From a bacterium (GTDB taxonomy: Bacteria; UBA10199; 2-02-FULL-44-16; JAAZCA01): a DNA stretch of 64,000 bases. Both the position numbers and the translations under genes were made by a program. Each line of letters starts with the position of its first letter. The first letter of the stretch is position 1. The stretch spans positions 640,001-704,000 of the forward strand of contig CAXXGI010000002.1 of NCBI GenBank assembly GCA_963674695.2, read 5' to 3'. Of this stretch, positions 50,081 to 59,138 are shown piece after piece. Under the pieces are notes generated by a model that worked only from the letters and a program-made list of their open reading frames with translations, searched no databases and was not told where the DNA came from.

Positions 50081-50856
50081 TCGCGTTTCTCCTCAAGTGG
50101 GCCTCCTGTCTGTCGTTCGCCGTCGCGGGAATCGTTGGTGGGTATATGCTTCGCGCGCACGGCCTGTATCGCCTGCGCTCGGGCTTGCGCCGACAACAGG
50201 AGCGGCTCGAGCGCGAGGCCGACCGCAGCGGCCTGGAGGGTCTCTTCGCCTCCCCCGTCTGGGGAGCTGTGGCGATGCTGGTGCGGCCGGCCGTGGCCCT
50301 TCGCCGTCGACGGCGTCTCAAGCGCATCGATGCGCAGCTCGGCGATGCGCTCGTGCTCTTGGGGAACGCGCTTCGTGCGGGGCTCTCGTTTGCGCAGGCG
50401 ATCACGCTCGCCGCACATGAAGTGCCTGCTCCGCTCGGGCAGGAGTTCGAGCGCGTCGCCGGGGCCCTGCGCCTCGGACGTCGCACCGAGGAGGCGCTCG
50501 AGGCGCTGCGCGAGCGCGCCCCGACCGAAGACGTCACGCTCTTCGTGCAGACGGTGACGATCCTGCGCCGCAGCGGCGGCAACCTGATCGAGACCTTCGA
50601 GCGCCTGGCCGCAACGATCGAGGCGCGCCGACGCGTCGGGCAGCGCCTGCAAACCCTCATGGCCAACAATGCGGTGCAGGGTGCGGTGCTTCTGCTCATG
50701 CCCTGGCTCCTGGCGGGCGCGCTCGCGATGGTCGCACCGGAGTATCTGCTGCCGCTGATCTCGACGCGGCTGGGAAATCTGTTCATGGCTGTGGCCGTCA
50801 TGCTCGAGCTGATCGGCGGCCTCTGGCTGCGCCGGATCGTTTCCATCCGCGTCTGA
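50077..50856 (+). CDS. tadB: TadB (T2SS F family) inner-membrane protein
   Basis: [28 protein letters not shown]-terminal TM helices. Confidence 0.88.
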   Translation: MIAFLLKWASCLSFAVAGIVGGYMLRAHGLYRLRSGLRRQQERLEREADRSGLEGLFASPVWGAVAMLVRPAVALRRRRRLKRIDAQLGDALVLLGNALRAGLSFAQAITLAAHEVPAPLGQEFERVAGALRLGRRTEEALEALRERAPTEDVTLFVQTVTILRRSGGNLIETFERLAATIEARRRVGQRLQTLMANNAVQGAVLLLMPWLLAGALAMVAPEYLLPLISTRLGNLFMAVAVMLELIGGLWLRRIVSIRV

Positions 50857-50881
50857 TCGCGCGGAAGAGAAGGGACGTGAC

Positions 50882-51481
50882 ATGGGTCAGAAGGGAATAA
50901 GCGGAATCGCATTGCTGACGATGATCGGCATCCTCCTCTTCAGGGTAGATGTCGATGCGAACGAGCGCCTTCCCTATCGCATCGTCGCCGATGTCGTGCA
51001 GGGGGATGCAACGATTCGACAACATCGAATTGCGCGCGTCCATGCGCCTGTGGGCGACGACGAGGAGATGCGCATTCTCTGGCAGCGCGCTGCCGACGGC
51101 GCGTGGCTGGCCCGTGCGCGCGGAGGTCCCGATCGCGTCGGTGCGCAGGAGGCGTTCGCCTTTCGACTGGAGGATGAGCAGGGGCTTCCCGCCGTCGCTA
51201 TGCGCGGCGTGCTCGTCGCGCGCGAGGAGATTGCGATCGCCGGGGAGACTGGTGTTCTCTGTGATGTTACCGTTCAGGGCGATGCGGATGGAGCGGATGT
51301 CTCCGATGTGCGTGCGGTGCATGCGTCAGGAACGGGGCGCGTCCTCATCGATACAGAAACCCGGCGATGGCGTTCGGGAACGCTTGCGATGGAGCGCCGC
51401 ATCGAGCTTCCGGCCTGGCACTTCGATCGTGCGCCGATGCGCGAGGAGACCCAGGCGATCGCCTGGTCGGAGATGCCGTGA
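50882..51481 (+). CDS. Hypothetical exported protein in the tad operon
   Basis: N-terminal hydrophobic segment, operon position. Confidence 0.55.
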   Translation: MGQKGISGIALLTMIGILLFRVDVDANERLPYRIVADVVQGDATIRQHRIARVHAPVGDDEEMRILWQRAADGAWLARARGGPDRVGAQEAFAFRLEDEQGLPAVAMRGVLVAREEIAIAGETGVLCDVTVQGDADGADVSDVRAVHASGTGRVLIDTETRRWRSGTLAMERRIELPAWHFDRAPMREETQAIAWSEMP

Positions 51482-51580
51482 GAAACAGAGACCGTTTGCA
51501 TGAGGTTGTCTTCGCGGGACTGGGTTTGTCATCCCCGTGAAAACGGGGATCTCGATGTTTCTTGAATATCCGGAGGGGAG

Positions 51581-52453
51581 ATGGCTTTCGATGCGGTCAT
51601 CGGCGTGATGTTCGTGGGAATGGCGATCGTTGTCGCCGCGCATGCTTGGATCTCGCGCAGGCGTCGCGTGCGGGATGAGGGCGAGCGGGCGCGGGATCGC
51701 GCGCTCGCCACGGCCGAGCGCGTGGTGGCGTGGCTGCGCCGATATCATACCTTTGGGCGCGTGGCGAATGCGTTGGGGATGCGCGCCTCCCTTGCCGCGG
51801 CGGGCGTTCGCGCGGGGCTCCCTGAGCGCTTCGATGCGGATCTTCTCCTCCTCCTCTGTGCGGCGTTCGCTGCAGCGGGGGCAATCTGGGGGGCGCTCGT
51901 CATCGGTTCGGGTGCGGGCATCTGTGTCTGCGCATGCGCGGGCGCTTCGATGGTGCCGCTGCTGCTCTCCGCACGAGCACGACGGCGACAGGAGGCAATC
52001 GAGCGCGCGCTGCCGTTCGTGCTCGACGGCATCGTCCTGGCCGTCGAGGCGGGCCTGGATTTCAACGCCGCGCTCGCGCGCGTCGTCGCGGGGGCGCAGC
52101 CCGGGCCGCTGCGCGATGAACTCGGAATTGCGCAGCGCGATCTGCGCATGGGCGCGACCCGGCGCGAGGCCCTGACCGCGCTGGCTCGACGCGTGCCGAT
52201 GCCGGCGATGGCCTCCGTCGTGGCGCTCGTGACGCAGGCCGACCGCCTCGGTGCGCGCCTGGGTCCCGTCTTGCGCGTGGCGGCCGATCGTCAGCGGGAG
52301 GCACGACTGGCGCGCGCCGAGCGTCGGGGCGCGGCGGCGAGCACCATGGCCCTCATCCCGCTCGTCTTCTGCATCATGCCGGCAACCTTTATCGTCGTCT
52401 TCGGGCCGCTCGTCGTGCGCTTCGTCACGGGCGGCATCGAGGCCTTCTTTTGA
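51581..52453 (+). CDS. tadC: TadC (T2SS F family) inner-membrane protein
   Basis: LP..LD...AVEAGL.F.AAL, G..R.EAL, Q...G......LR, PLVFCIMPA. Confidence 0.88.
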   Translation: MAFDAVIGVMFVGMAIVVAAHAWISRRRRVRDEGERARDRALATAERVVAWLRRYHTFGRVANALGMRASLAAAGVRAGLPERFDADLLLLLCAAFAAAGAIWGALVIGSGAGICVCACAGASMVPLLLSARARRRQEAIERALPFVLDGIVLAVEAGLDFNAALARVVAGAQPGPLRDELGIAQRDLRMGATRREALTALARRVPMPAMASVVALVTQADRLGARLGPVLRVAADRQREARLARAERRGAAASTMALIPLVFCIMPATFIVVFGPLVVRFVTGGIEAFF

Positions 52454-52460
52454 GGAGTTT

Positions 52461-52901
52461 ATGTCGCTGACGAGCATCCTCGGATGGATTCTTTTGACGG
52501 TGGCCGTCGCCGGGGCATTCGTTCTGCGCCGTCGCGCTGCGGCGCCGGATGATGTGCCTTCGACACCGGTTTCGCAATCGAACGAGATCGCGGATGCAGC
52601 GCGATGGTGCGATGTCCTGGAATCCATCGCTGGCGGCGAGGTCTTTCTCGTCGATGCGAGCCTTCGGATCTGCGCCGCAGGGATGCGTGGCGAGGTTCGA
52701 GGAATGACGCGCGGACGGCACCTGATCGATCTGGTCGTCGGCGATGCGGCTTCTCCCGCCATCGCCTGCGTTCGGCGGGCCCAGCGCGATGGCTCGGCAT
52801 CGTGGACGGGCGCCGTCGAAGGGGGCACTGTTCAGGTCCGTGCCGCGGCGCTCGATGGAGGGGTGGTCTTCGTGCGGTGGTGTCGGGAGGGAAGGCCATG
52901 A
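52461..52901 (+). CDS. Small membrane protein with a PAS-like cytoplasmic part
   Basis: GAGGAG SD, TM helix, VLESI..VFLVD..LRI...GRHLIDL pattern. Confidence 0.55.
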   Translation: MSLTSILGWILLTVAVAGAFVLRRRAAAPDDVPSTPVSQSNEIADAARWCDVLESIAGGEVFLVDASLRICAAGMRGEVRGMTRGRHLIDLVVGDAASPAIACVRRAQRDGSASWTGAVEGGTVQVRAAALDGGVVFVRWCREGRP

Positions 52902-53320
52902 CGTTCTCGCGTCGATCGATGATGATGGTGATCCTGACGGTCATCGCCCTGGCGGGTCTCTTTCTCGTGCATCGGAAGACGGAACGACCGACGCCGATCG
53001 CGGAGTATTCGTCGATGGATGTGGCCCCATCTGTGACGCCCGCCGATGCGCTCGGCGCCTGGCTGCTGCGCGAGGGTCGATGCGCCCTTCACACGCGTCG
53101 ATATCGTTCGGCGCGCCGGGCCGCAGCGCTCTCCCGCGCGCTTATCCCATCGGAACGCAGCCAGACCCTTGCGCGCGCGATCGATCGCGTGCAGCAGCGC
53201 GCATTCGTGCGCTGGCAGGATCAGGCGCGCGATGCCCAGCGCGCGGGCGATTATGATCGCGCCCGTCGCGCCCGCGCGCGCGCCAAAGCGTTTGCCCCGA
53301 ATGTCGAGGAGGACGGATGA
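52898..53320 (+). CDS. Hypothetical membrane-anchored helical (TPR-like) protein
   Basis: ATGA overlaps at both ends, N-terminal TM. Confidence 0.55.
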   Translation: MTFSRRSMMMVILTVIALAGLFLVHRKTERPTPIAEYSSMDVAPSVTPADALGAWLLREGRCALHTRRYRSARRAAALSRALIPSERSQTLARAIDRVQQRAFVRWQDQARDAQRAGDYDRARRARARAKAFAPNVEEDG

Positions 53321-54474
53321 AGGTATTTCTGCAATCGATCGAGGACGACCGGGGTGTGATGGCCATCATCGCGCGCGGCGGTTCGATCCTGCTCGTCGCA
53401 CGCGGCGGAGGGCTTGCTGTTTCCGATCCCGCCGGGGGCGCGGACGGGGCGCTGGCCCTCATCGAACGTCGCGGCGCTCGCCTCTTTGCTACGCCGCTGT
53501 GCAGCGCCTTCGATCATGGCGCGGGTGCGGGGCGCGCGCGCCTGCGCAGCGGAGATCTGGTGCGCATCGGCGTGACTCCCTTTCGGTGTGAGATCTCCTC
53601 GCGGCGGGCGCAAAGATGGAGGCGCTGCGCGCTGCTGGCCCTCGCGCTCGTCGCTCTGGCAGTCCTGTCCGTGCATCTCTTTTTCCCGAAGGGATCCGCG
53701 ATGCGCGTCTCTTTGCCCCCTTCGATTACAACGGCCGATGCTCGAGGAATCGATGCGGCATCGCCGCTCTCCGTCGACGACCTCCTCGCCGAGGGGGCCT
53801 CGCATCTCAAGGCTGGACGCGAGGCACAGGCGCGGCTCACGCTCTTCGAGGCCGCGATGCGGGCCCCGGACGATCGGCGCATCGAGCGGATGCGCGCGAG
53901 CATGGATGGAGCGTCGCGTTCATCCCGGCGCGATGCCGAGCCCGCGCTGGAGCGTGCGGCCGAATGCTATGCCCGGGGGCGCGCGCAGATGGAGGCGGGC
54001 GAGCTGGTTGCGGCGCGCACATCCTTTGAACGGGCGCAGGCGGAAGAGGAAACCGCGGGGGTTGCATCGGCCTTCTCATCGGAGCTGCGCCGGGCGCGCG
54101 AGAAGGTCGAGGAGGCGCTGCGCGAGCGCGTGCAACGCCTCCTCGCTTCCATCGAGGATCGGATGACCCGTGCCGACGGCCGGGATGCCGTCGAGGCGTT
54201 GTCGATGCTGGTGCAGGCCGAGCATGAAACGCGCGTCGCGGTGAAGATGCTCCCCGAGGATGAATCGGTGCGCGCGCTGTTCCAGCGCGTTCGCCGGGCG
54301 GTCGATGCAAACGCGCAGCGCGCCCTTTCGGCGGCGGCGATGGCCGAGCGGATGTCAGCGCGCGCGCGTTGTCGCGTGATCGCGCATGCCATCGTCGCGG
54401 CACTCGAGGTGACGCGTCCGCACGTTGCCGAACGCGCACGCCGTCAGGAGGCACGATGCGCACCCGGTTCCTGA
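53317..54474 (+). CDS. Degenerate FHA-like + TM + TPR-like protein
   Basis: RLRSGDLVRIGVTPF resembles the end of an FHA domain; TM; Ala-rich TPR-like helices. Confidence 0.55.
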   Translation: MKVFLQSIEDDRGVMAIIARGGSILLVARGGGLAVSDPAGGADGALALIERRGARLFATPLCSAFDHGAGAGRARLRSGDLVRIGVTPFRCEISSRRAQRWRRCALLALALVALAVLSVHLFFPKGSAMRVSLPPSITTADARGIDAASPLSVDDLLAEGASHLKAGREAQARLTLFEAAMRAPDDRRIERMRASMDGASRSSRRDAEPALERAAECYARGRAQMEAGELVAARTSFERAQAEEETAGVASAFSSELRRAREKVEEALRERVQRLLASIEDRMTRADGRDAVEALSMLVQAEHETRVAVKMLPEDESVRALFQRVRRAVDANAQRALSAAAMAERMSARARCRVIAHAIVAALEVTRPHVAERARRQEARCAPGS

Positions 54475-55682
54475 TCGGAATACGTGGCATCGCTGCATTT
54501 CTGCTGAGCGTGGTCGTCTGCGCGTCGGTCCGGGCGGAGCAGATGAACGATCGCTTCAGCGATCCCCTGCGCGGCATCGAGATGCGCCTGCCGCGCGGCG
54601 CCAGGGTCGTCTATGGGCTCGGACGAACGCTCGCATACGTGACGCTTCCCGACGGCGTCGTCGTGCACGTCCGTGCGGATGATTCGGATCGGGCAAACAC
54701 AATGGGAATCTCGCTCCTCTGCGACGGTGGTGTCGAGCGTCGCATGGAGGCCTATCTCGCCTGCCGCGATCTACGCACGCGCGTTCGGAAACATGAGGTC
54801 CGTTGGGAGCGCGATGGTGATGCGAACCAGGTGTTGCCGTTGCAGGCACCGTCGCCGGCGGGCCTCGCCGATTCGCGACGAAGGACAGTGCGGACGCTCT
54901 CCCTGGCCCTGGAGCGCGCCCAGCAGCGTGCGCTCTTCGCCCTCCTCGATGGTCGCGCCGGATGTCCGGGAGTGGCCGATGAGGTGAGGCTGGCCATGGT
55001 CCTTGCCGATCGCCACGGCTTGGCACCGTGGAGGGATCGCTTCGCCGCGCTCGCTGATGTGTTGGAGCGAAGGCCCGCACCGGATGCATTCGGCCTCCTC
55101 GACGATCGATCGGCGCCGCCGTCGGCCCAGGCGTTGGATCGGGGGCTCGCCCTCATGGACGCCGAACTCGGACGCCTCGTGCGCGCGCGACTCCTCGAGC
55201 GTGCCGAGCGTCCGGAAGCGGCGCGTCGGCTCTATGAACGAGCGGCGCGAGCGCGCGCGGGCTTCTTCGCTCGCGTGGCGCTCATGCGTATGGATCAGGA
55301 TGCGGGGCGTCTCGATGAAGCCCGGCATCGTCTGGATGAGTTGCGCCAGGAGTGCGCGCGCGCGGGTATCGCCTCGGCGATGGTCGATGCCCTGGGAGGG
55401 GGCGATCTCCCCGAGCGGTGCGGCGCCGCGGGTGCCATGGCCGATCTTCGGGAGGGTGTGGCCCTCATTGGGGCTGATCCGCATCAGGCCGTCGTTCTGT
55501 TGCGGCGCGCCGTTTCCGTCGATCCGGCCTTCCTGCTCGCATATCGTGCGCTGGGTCAGGCCCTGTTGGAGGCGGGTGGCGAAGTGGATGCCGTCTGTCG
55601 AGAGCTGCGCACGCTTTTGCAGCATGCGCCGAAAACGGATGCAGTGCAGCGCTTGCGCGCCGAGATCGATCGCCTCGGTTAG
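54456..55682 (+). CDS. Exported TPR-like protein; last codons replaced by the IS end
   Basis: AGGAGG SD, signal peptide, AV..DP.F..AY..LG TPR pattern. Confidence 0.65.
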   Translation: MRTRFLIGIRGIAAFLLSVVVCASVRAEQMNDRFSDPLRGIEMRLPRGARVVYGLGRTLAYVTLPDGVVVHVRADDSDRANTMGISLLCDGGVERRMEAYLACRDLRTRVRKHEVRWERDGDANQVLPLQAPSPAGLADSRRRTVRTLSLALERAQQRALFALLDGRAGCPGVADEVRLAMVLADRHGLAPWRDRFAALADVLERRPAPDAFGLLDDRSAPPSAQALDRGLALMDAELGRLVRARLLERAERPEAARRLYERAARARAGFFARVALMRMDQDAGRLDEARHRLDELRQECARAGIASAMVDALGGGDLPERCGAAGAMADLREGVALIGADPHQAVVLLRRAVSVDPAFLLAYRALGQALLEAGGEVDAVCRELRTLLQHAPKTDAVQRLRAEIDRLG

Positions 55683-56997
55683 TGCAACAAGTTCTGTGTA
55701 CTTTTGGATAAGGGGTATTCTTTGAGTTTTTCGTTACGGATCATGGTCAAGGCATAGAGCATCCTGTCGGCAGCCCCTTGATTGGGGATGATCTCCATAG
55801 GGCGCATTCTGCGGCGATATTCCCTGAATTGTCGTTCGATATGGTTCGAAGTCCTGACAGCCCGGTGGTGCTTTGGATCGCAGGCAAGATACAGCAAGAG
55901 ATGATCCAGATCCCGCTCCAGACATCGCACCGCTTGGGGATATTCAGCCTTCCATCGCCGTGACCATTTTCTGATGAGTCCCATTGCTCGTTTTTCCGTC
56001 CATGTTCCTTCAAAGAGAGGAGACAGTCCTTCTTTGATGGCCGCCTGGTCCGACTTTCGCACTTGCTTCAAGACGTTGCGCATCTTATGGGCCCAACAGA
56101 GTTGATGGGGGGTTTCCGGAAAGACGATCGCGATGGCATTGGCAAGTCCCCGGCAACCATCCGTTGTTATCAGCTGAAGGTGCTTTCCCTCCAATCCTCG
56201 GTGAGCCAAATTCGTCAGAAATTTAAGCCAGGTCTCCTCCCGTTCGCTCCGGGCGAAACAGTAGTCGATGATCTCCCGGGTTCCGTCTCGTCGGATCCCA
56301 TAGGCCACCAGAATCAGTCGCCGCTTCCTCCCCAGTCCCCGGTTCTTGATCCAGACTCCGTCAAACATCAGATACACATATTCGTCTCTGATCTCCCGCT
56401 GATGCCACCGCTTCGCTTCAGTGGACCAGCCGGCCGTCAACCGGCTTACCGTGGACGATGACACCCGCGCAGCCCCAAGCGCCGCCAGCACCTTCTCTAC
56501 ATCCCGTGTCGATATGCCGCGCCAATAACACTCTGTCACTAACCGCGTGATTGCTTCCTGTCGCCGTCCATGTCGATCGACTCCCATGCACCGTGGAAGA
56601 AAGCCTCCTACACGAGGCCGAGGGATGCGGATCCCTTCGATCCACCCCCATACTGTTTCCAGGCTCCGCTGATAAAACCCGTTCCGATGATTCCGCCGAC
56701 GGTTGCTCCGACCATAGGGCTGAACCCCGATCACCCGCTCCTCGAACTCAATCAGGCTCACATCCTCAAAAACCTGCTTCATCAACCCCTTGAAATCCAA
56801 CTCGAATACCCGCTCCTCAAGCTTCCCCATCATCTCGTTGTAGATTCCTGCCGCGTGATTCGGTAAAAGGGCCACTGCTGTCTGCATGGTATCCTCCTTT
56901 CTCTTGTGAGAGAGAGATTTGGAGAATACCCCGAAGACCCCGGAATTCCACCGGGGTCTTCACTTTTCCAATTTTACACACACTTCGTTACACCAAC
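55678..56997 (-). mobile_element. IS256-family insertion sequence
   Basis: Imperfect ~31-bp terminal IRs; near-duplicated target ATCGCCTCG (55669-55677) / ATCGCCCTCG (56998-57007). Confidence 0.88.
55679..56887 (-). CDS. IS256-family (Mutator-like) DDE transposase
   Basis: RNGFY.R, GISTR, FDG, TTDG..GL, QLCWAH, TSNHIER. Confidence 0.93.
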   Translation of the reverse strand: MQTAVALLPNHAAGIYNEMMGKLEERVFELDFKGLMKQVFEDVSLIEFEERVIGVQPYGRSNRRRNHRNGFYQRSLETVWGWIEGIRIPRPRVGGFLPRCMGVDRHGRRQEAITRLVTECYWRGISTRDVEKVLAALGAARVSSSTVSRLTAGWSTEAKRWHQREIRDEYVYLMFDGVWIKNRGLGRKRRLILVAYGIRRDGTREIIDYCFARSEREETWLKFLTNLAHRGLEGKHLQLITTDGCRGLANAIAIVFPETPHQLCWAHKMRNVLKQVRKSDQAAIKEGLSPLFEGTWTEKRAMGLIRKWSRRWKAEYPQAVRCLERDLDHLLLYLACDPKHHRAVRTSNHIERQFREYRRRMRPMEIIPNQGAADRMLYALTMIRNEKLKEYPLSKSTQNLLH

Positions 56998-57050
56998 ATC
57001 GCCCTCGTTCGCGGTTGAATCCTCACCGCGTTCGTGTCACTATCGCTGCC

Positions 57051-57743
57051 ATGCCCACACCAAAGACGAAGTCCAAGCGTGCACAGCCAAAGGTCGCCAA
57101 GAAGAGCGCGAAAAAAGTGCCGAAGAAAGTCGCTGCAAAGCCAAAGCGGAAATCGGCGGCTCGACCAAAGCTTGCAGGGCCGCGACCGAAGCGACCGAAG
57201 AAGATCGATCTTCCGGATCTCAATGCCCTCAACATCCAGCAGGTGGCGGCGGTGCTCTCCGCCTATTTTGCTTCATATGGATACGAGCCGGTGCTTACGG
57301 GACGAGCCGTGGCGGCCATCTATGCCGGCGCGGGGGTCAAACCACGCACGCTCGATTTTGCTGCGCCCGAATACGAGGTCGATGAGGTGGGAAAGGCCAT
57401 GAAGCGCATCGGCTTCAAGGAGGGTGCCTTTCGGACCTTTCGCAGCGACATCTGTCCGTATGAGATCGTCTTCACCCCTTTTCCCGTTACGATCGGCGAG
57501 AACATCGTTGAAGACTTTCACATCATGCGCACGGCCGAAGGGCCCTTGAAGATGCTCACCCCCACCGATTGCGTGCGCCAGATGCTCGCGCGTTACTACC
57601 GCTGGGGCGATCGCGACGGCATGCACGAGGCCAGGCTCGTCGCCCGCAAGCACACCATCGATTACGAGATGGTCAAGCGCTGGTCCGAGTGGGAGTGGGC
57701 CGGCGACCGCTACGATGAATTCCTCGAAGGGATTGAAGCGTAG
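57051..57743 (+). CDS. Lys/Ala-rich tail fused to a nucleotidyltransferase-like domain
   Basis: Histone-like N-terminus; VLTG.AV.AIY...LDF and LTPTDCV..LA.YY.W.D pattern; TTGAAT-17-CACTAT 7 nt before the ATG. Confidence 0.6.
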   Translation: MPTPKTKSKRAQPKVAKKSAKKVPKKVAAKPKRKSAARPKLAGPRPKRPKKIDLPDLNALNIQQVAAVLSAYFASYGYEPVLTGRAVAAIYAGAGVKPRTLDFAAPEYEVDEVGKAMKRIGFKEGAFRTFRSDICPYEIVFTPFPVTIGENIVEDFHIMRTAEGPLKMLTPTDCVRQMLARYYRWGDRDGMHEARLVARKHTIDYEMVKRWSEWEWAGDRYDEFLEGIEA

Positions 57744-57838
57744 ACCGCAGATCACGGACCATAGACCATAGACTTCTTGTCTTAAAGTTGAGGTCTAGAG
57801 TCCATAGTCAATGGTCTTTGGTCTCCCTTGCCGATGGC

Positions 57839-58825
57839 TCACCGAAAGCGGAGACAGCCCGGAAGTTTTCCCATCAGTTTCGATTCACGACAGATCTGAT
57901 CGATGCGATAGGCGGAATAGGTTCCGGTATAGGCGCATGTCGGCGAGCCGAACATGGCGCTCACCGGGATGATGCCGACGAGCGCTCCTTCCGGAGTAAA
58001 TATACCTCCGCCGCTGCTGCCGTAGGAATAGTCGGCCGTGTGATAGAGGAGCACGTCCGCTTGTTGGAAGAGATTCAATGTCCGATAGATCTTTCCAGGC
58101 GTGCCCTCGTCTTTTTCCAGCGCATCCCATTCCCGAGGCAGGTTGAAATCCACGCGCGGTGCCTGTTTCACGAAGATCGGATCGTCATACTGGTGGTCGC
58201 GTATTGCCAACAGGATGCGTTTCTGAAAGGCGTCGTGCGACTGGATTTCACCCGGAGCGATAAAGATCCCTTCGCCATCATGTCCCGGACGGGGCAGCAT
58301 GCGCACCATGCTCGTCGGAAACGTGATTGAAAAGACTGGTGCGCCGCGGCGGGTCCTTTCGAAGTCGGCCTGCTCTTTGAGGAGTATGGCCAGCGCGTTC
58401 GGTGTGATGATCGGTGCGACACCGATCGTGTCGGGCATTTCTTCGGGCTTGTCGATGCGCAGGAGCGCCCAGTCCTGGACATGCTTCTTTTGGTGGCTGA
58501 AATCTCCCTGTTCGACGAGGGTCAGCGTGAATGTGTTTTTATCCGTTTTGAAGCTGAAGGGAAGGCTGTCCTTGGCAGGGATGTCGCCGTTGATTCCCGT
58601 GAGGCAATGCGCCGCCGTCAGAATGAGATCCGGAGCGACACGCACCGCACTGCAGGATCGCCTCTCCTTCGCCATGAGAAGAATGACGGCAGTCGAGGCT
58701 TTCTCGATGCCTGCCGGGATCCGAACCGTCTTCCGCCCTGTCCCCGCACAGGAAGAGAGGAGGCTGAGAGTAATGACCACATGAAATACACAGTGGTATG
58801 GCCATTTTCGTAAACGCAGATTCAT
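57839..58825 (-). CDS. Trypsin-like (S1) serine protease, lipoprotein
   Basis: Lipobox LSSC, LTAAHC, DWALL, GSSGG. Confidence 0.88.
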   Translation of the reverse strand: MNLRLRKWPYHCVFHVVITLSLLSSCAGTGRKTVRIPAGIEKASTAVILLMAKERRSCSAVRVAPDLILTAAHCLTGINGDIPAKDSLPFSFKTDKNTFTLTLVEQGDFSHQKKHVQDWALLRIDKPEEMPDTIGVAPIITPNALAILLKEQADFERTRRGAPVFSITFPTSMVRMLPRPGHDGEGIFIAPGEIQSHDAFQKRILLAIRDHQYDDPIFVKQAPRVDFNLPREWDALEKDEGTPGKIYRTLNLFQQADVLLYHTADYSYGSSGGGIFTPEGALVGIIPVSAMFGSPTCAYTGTYSAYRIDQICRESKLMGKLPGCLRFR

Positions 58826-58913
58826 ATGGTTGCCCCGAATAATCCGCTAAACAACTACAACATAATGAATCGGGTTGCCAACATAACGTGCCAAGATGAA
58901 GGTTGATCTATTG

Positions 58914-59138
58914 TTAGGGCCTTCTGGGTACAGTAGGATCCCAATCAGGTCCGTCACAGGGGAGGTCGCACGGCATGCAGTCCTCCCCGATGAAATTAGA
59001 TAAATTTTCAGCAGGTCTGATATAGATATCCATTGTTTCGAACTGATCATCCATTCGGTGCAATGTTGGTTGATATTTGTCCAGCTCCGGTTTTGTTGGT
59101 TGTGATGGTGGAATATTTCTTCCGGTCAATATTTTCAT
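58914..59138 (-). CDS. Candidate RiPP precursor peptide (Cys/Asp-rich core)
   Basis: AAAGGAG SD; core ...GEDCMPCDLPCDGPDWD...; adjacent to the rSAM/SPASM gene. Confidence 0.6.
   Translation of the reverse strand: MKILTGRNIPPSQPTKPELDKYQPTLHRMDDQFETMDIYIRPAENLSNFIGEDCMPCDLPCDGPDWDPTVPRRP

Noticed and set aside
58847-59050. Alternative 67-aa ORF overlapping the rSAM stop (ATGA)
   Set aside because: No clear SD or substrate-like motif; the overlapping Cys/Asp ORF has a strong SD and fits better, though this one is not formally excluded
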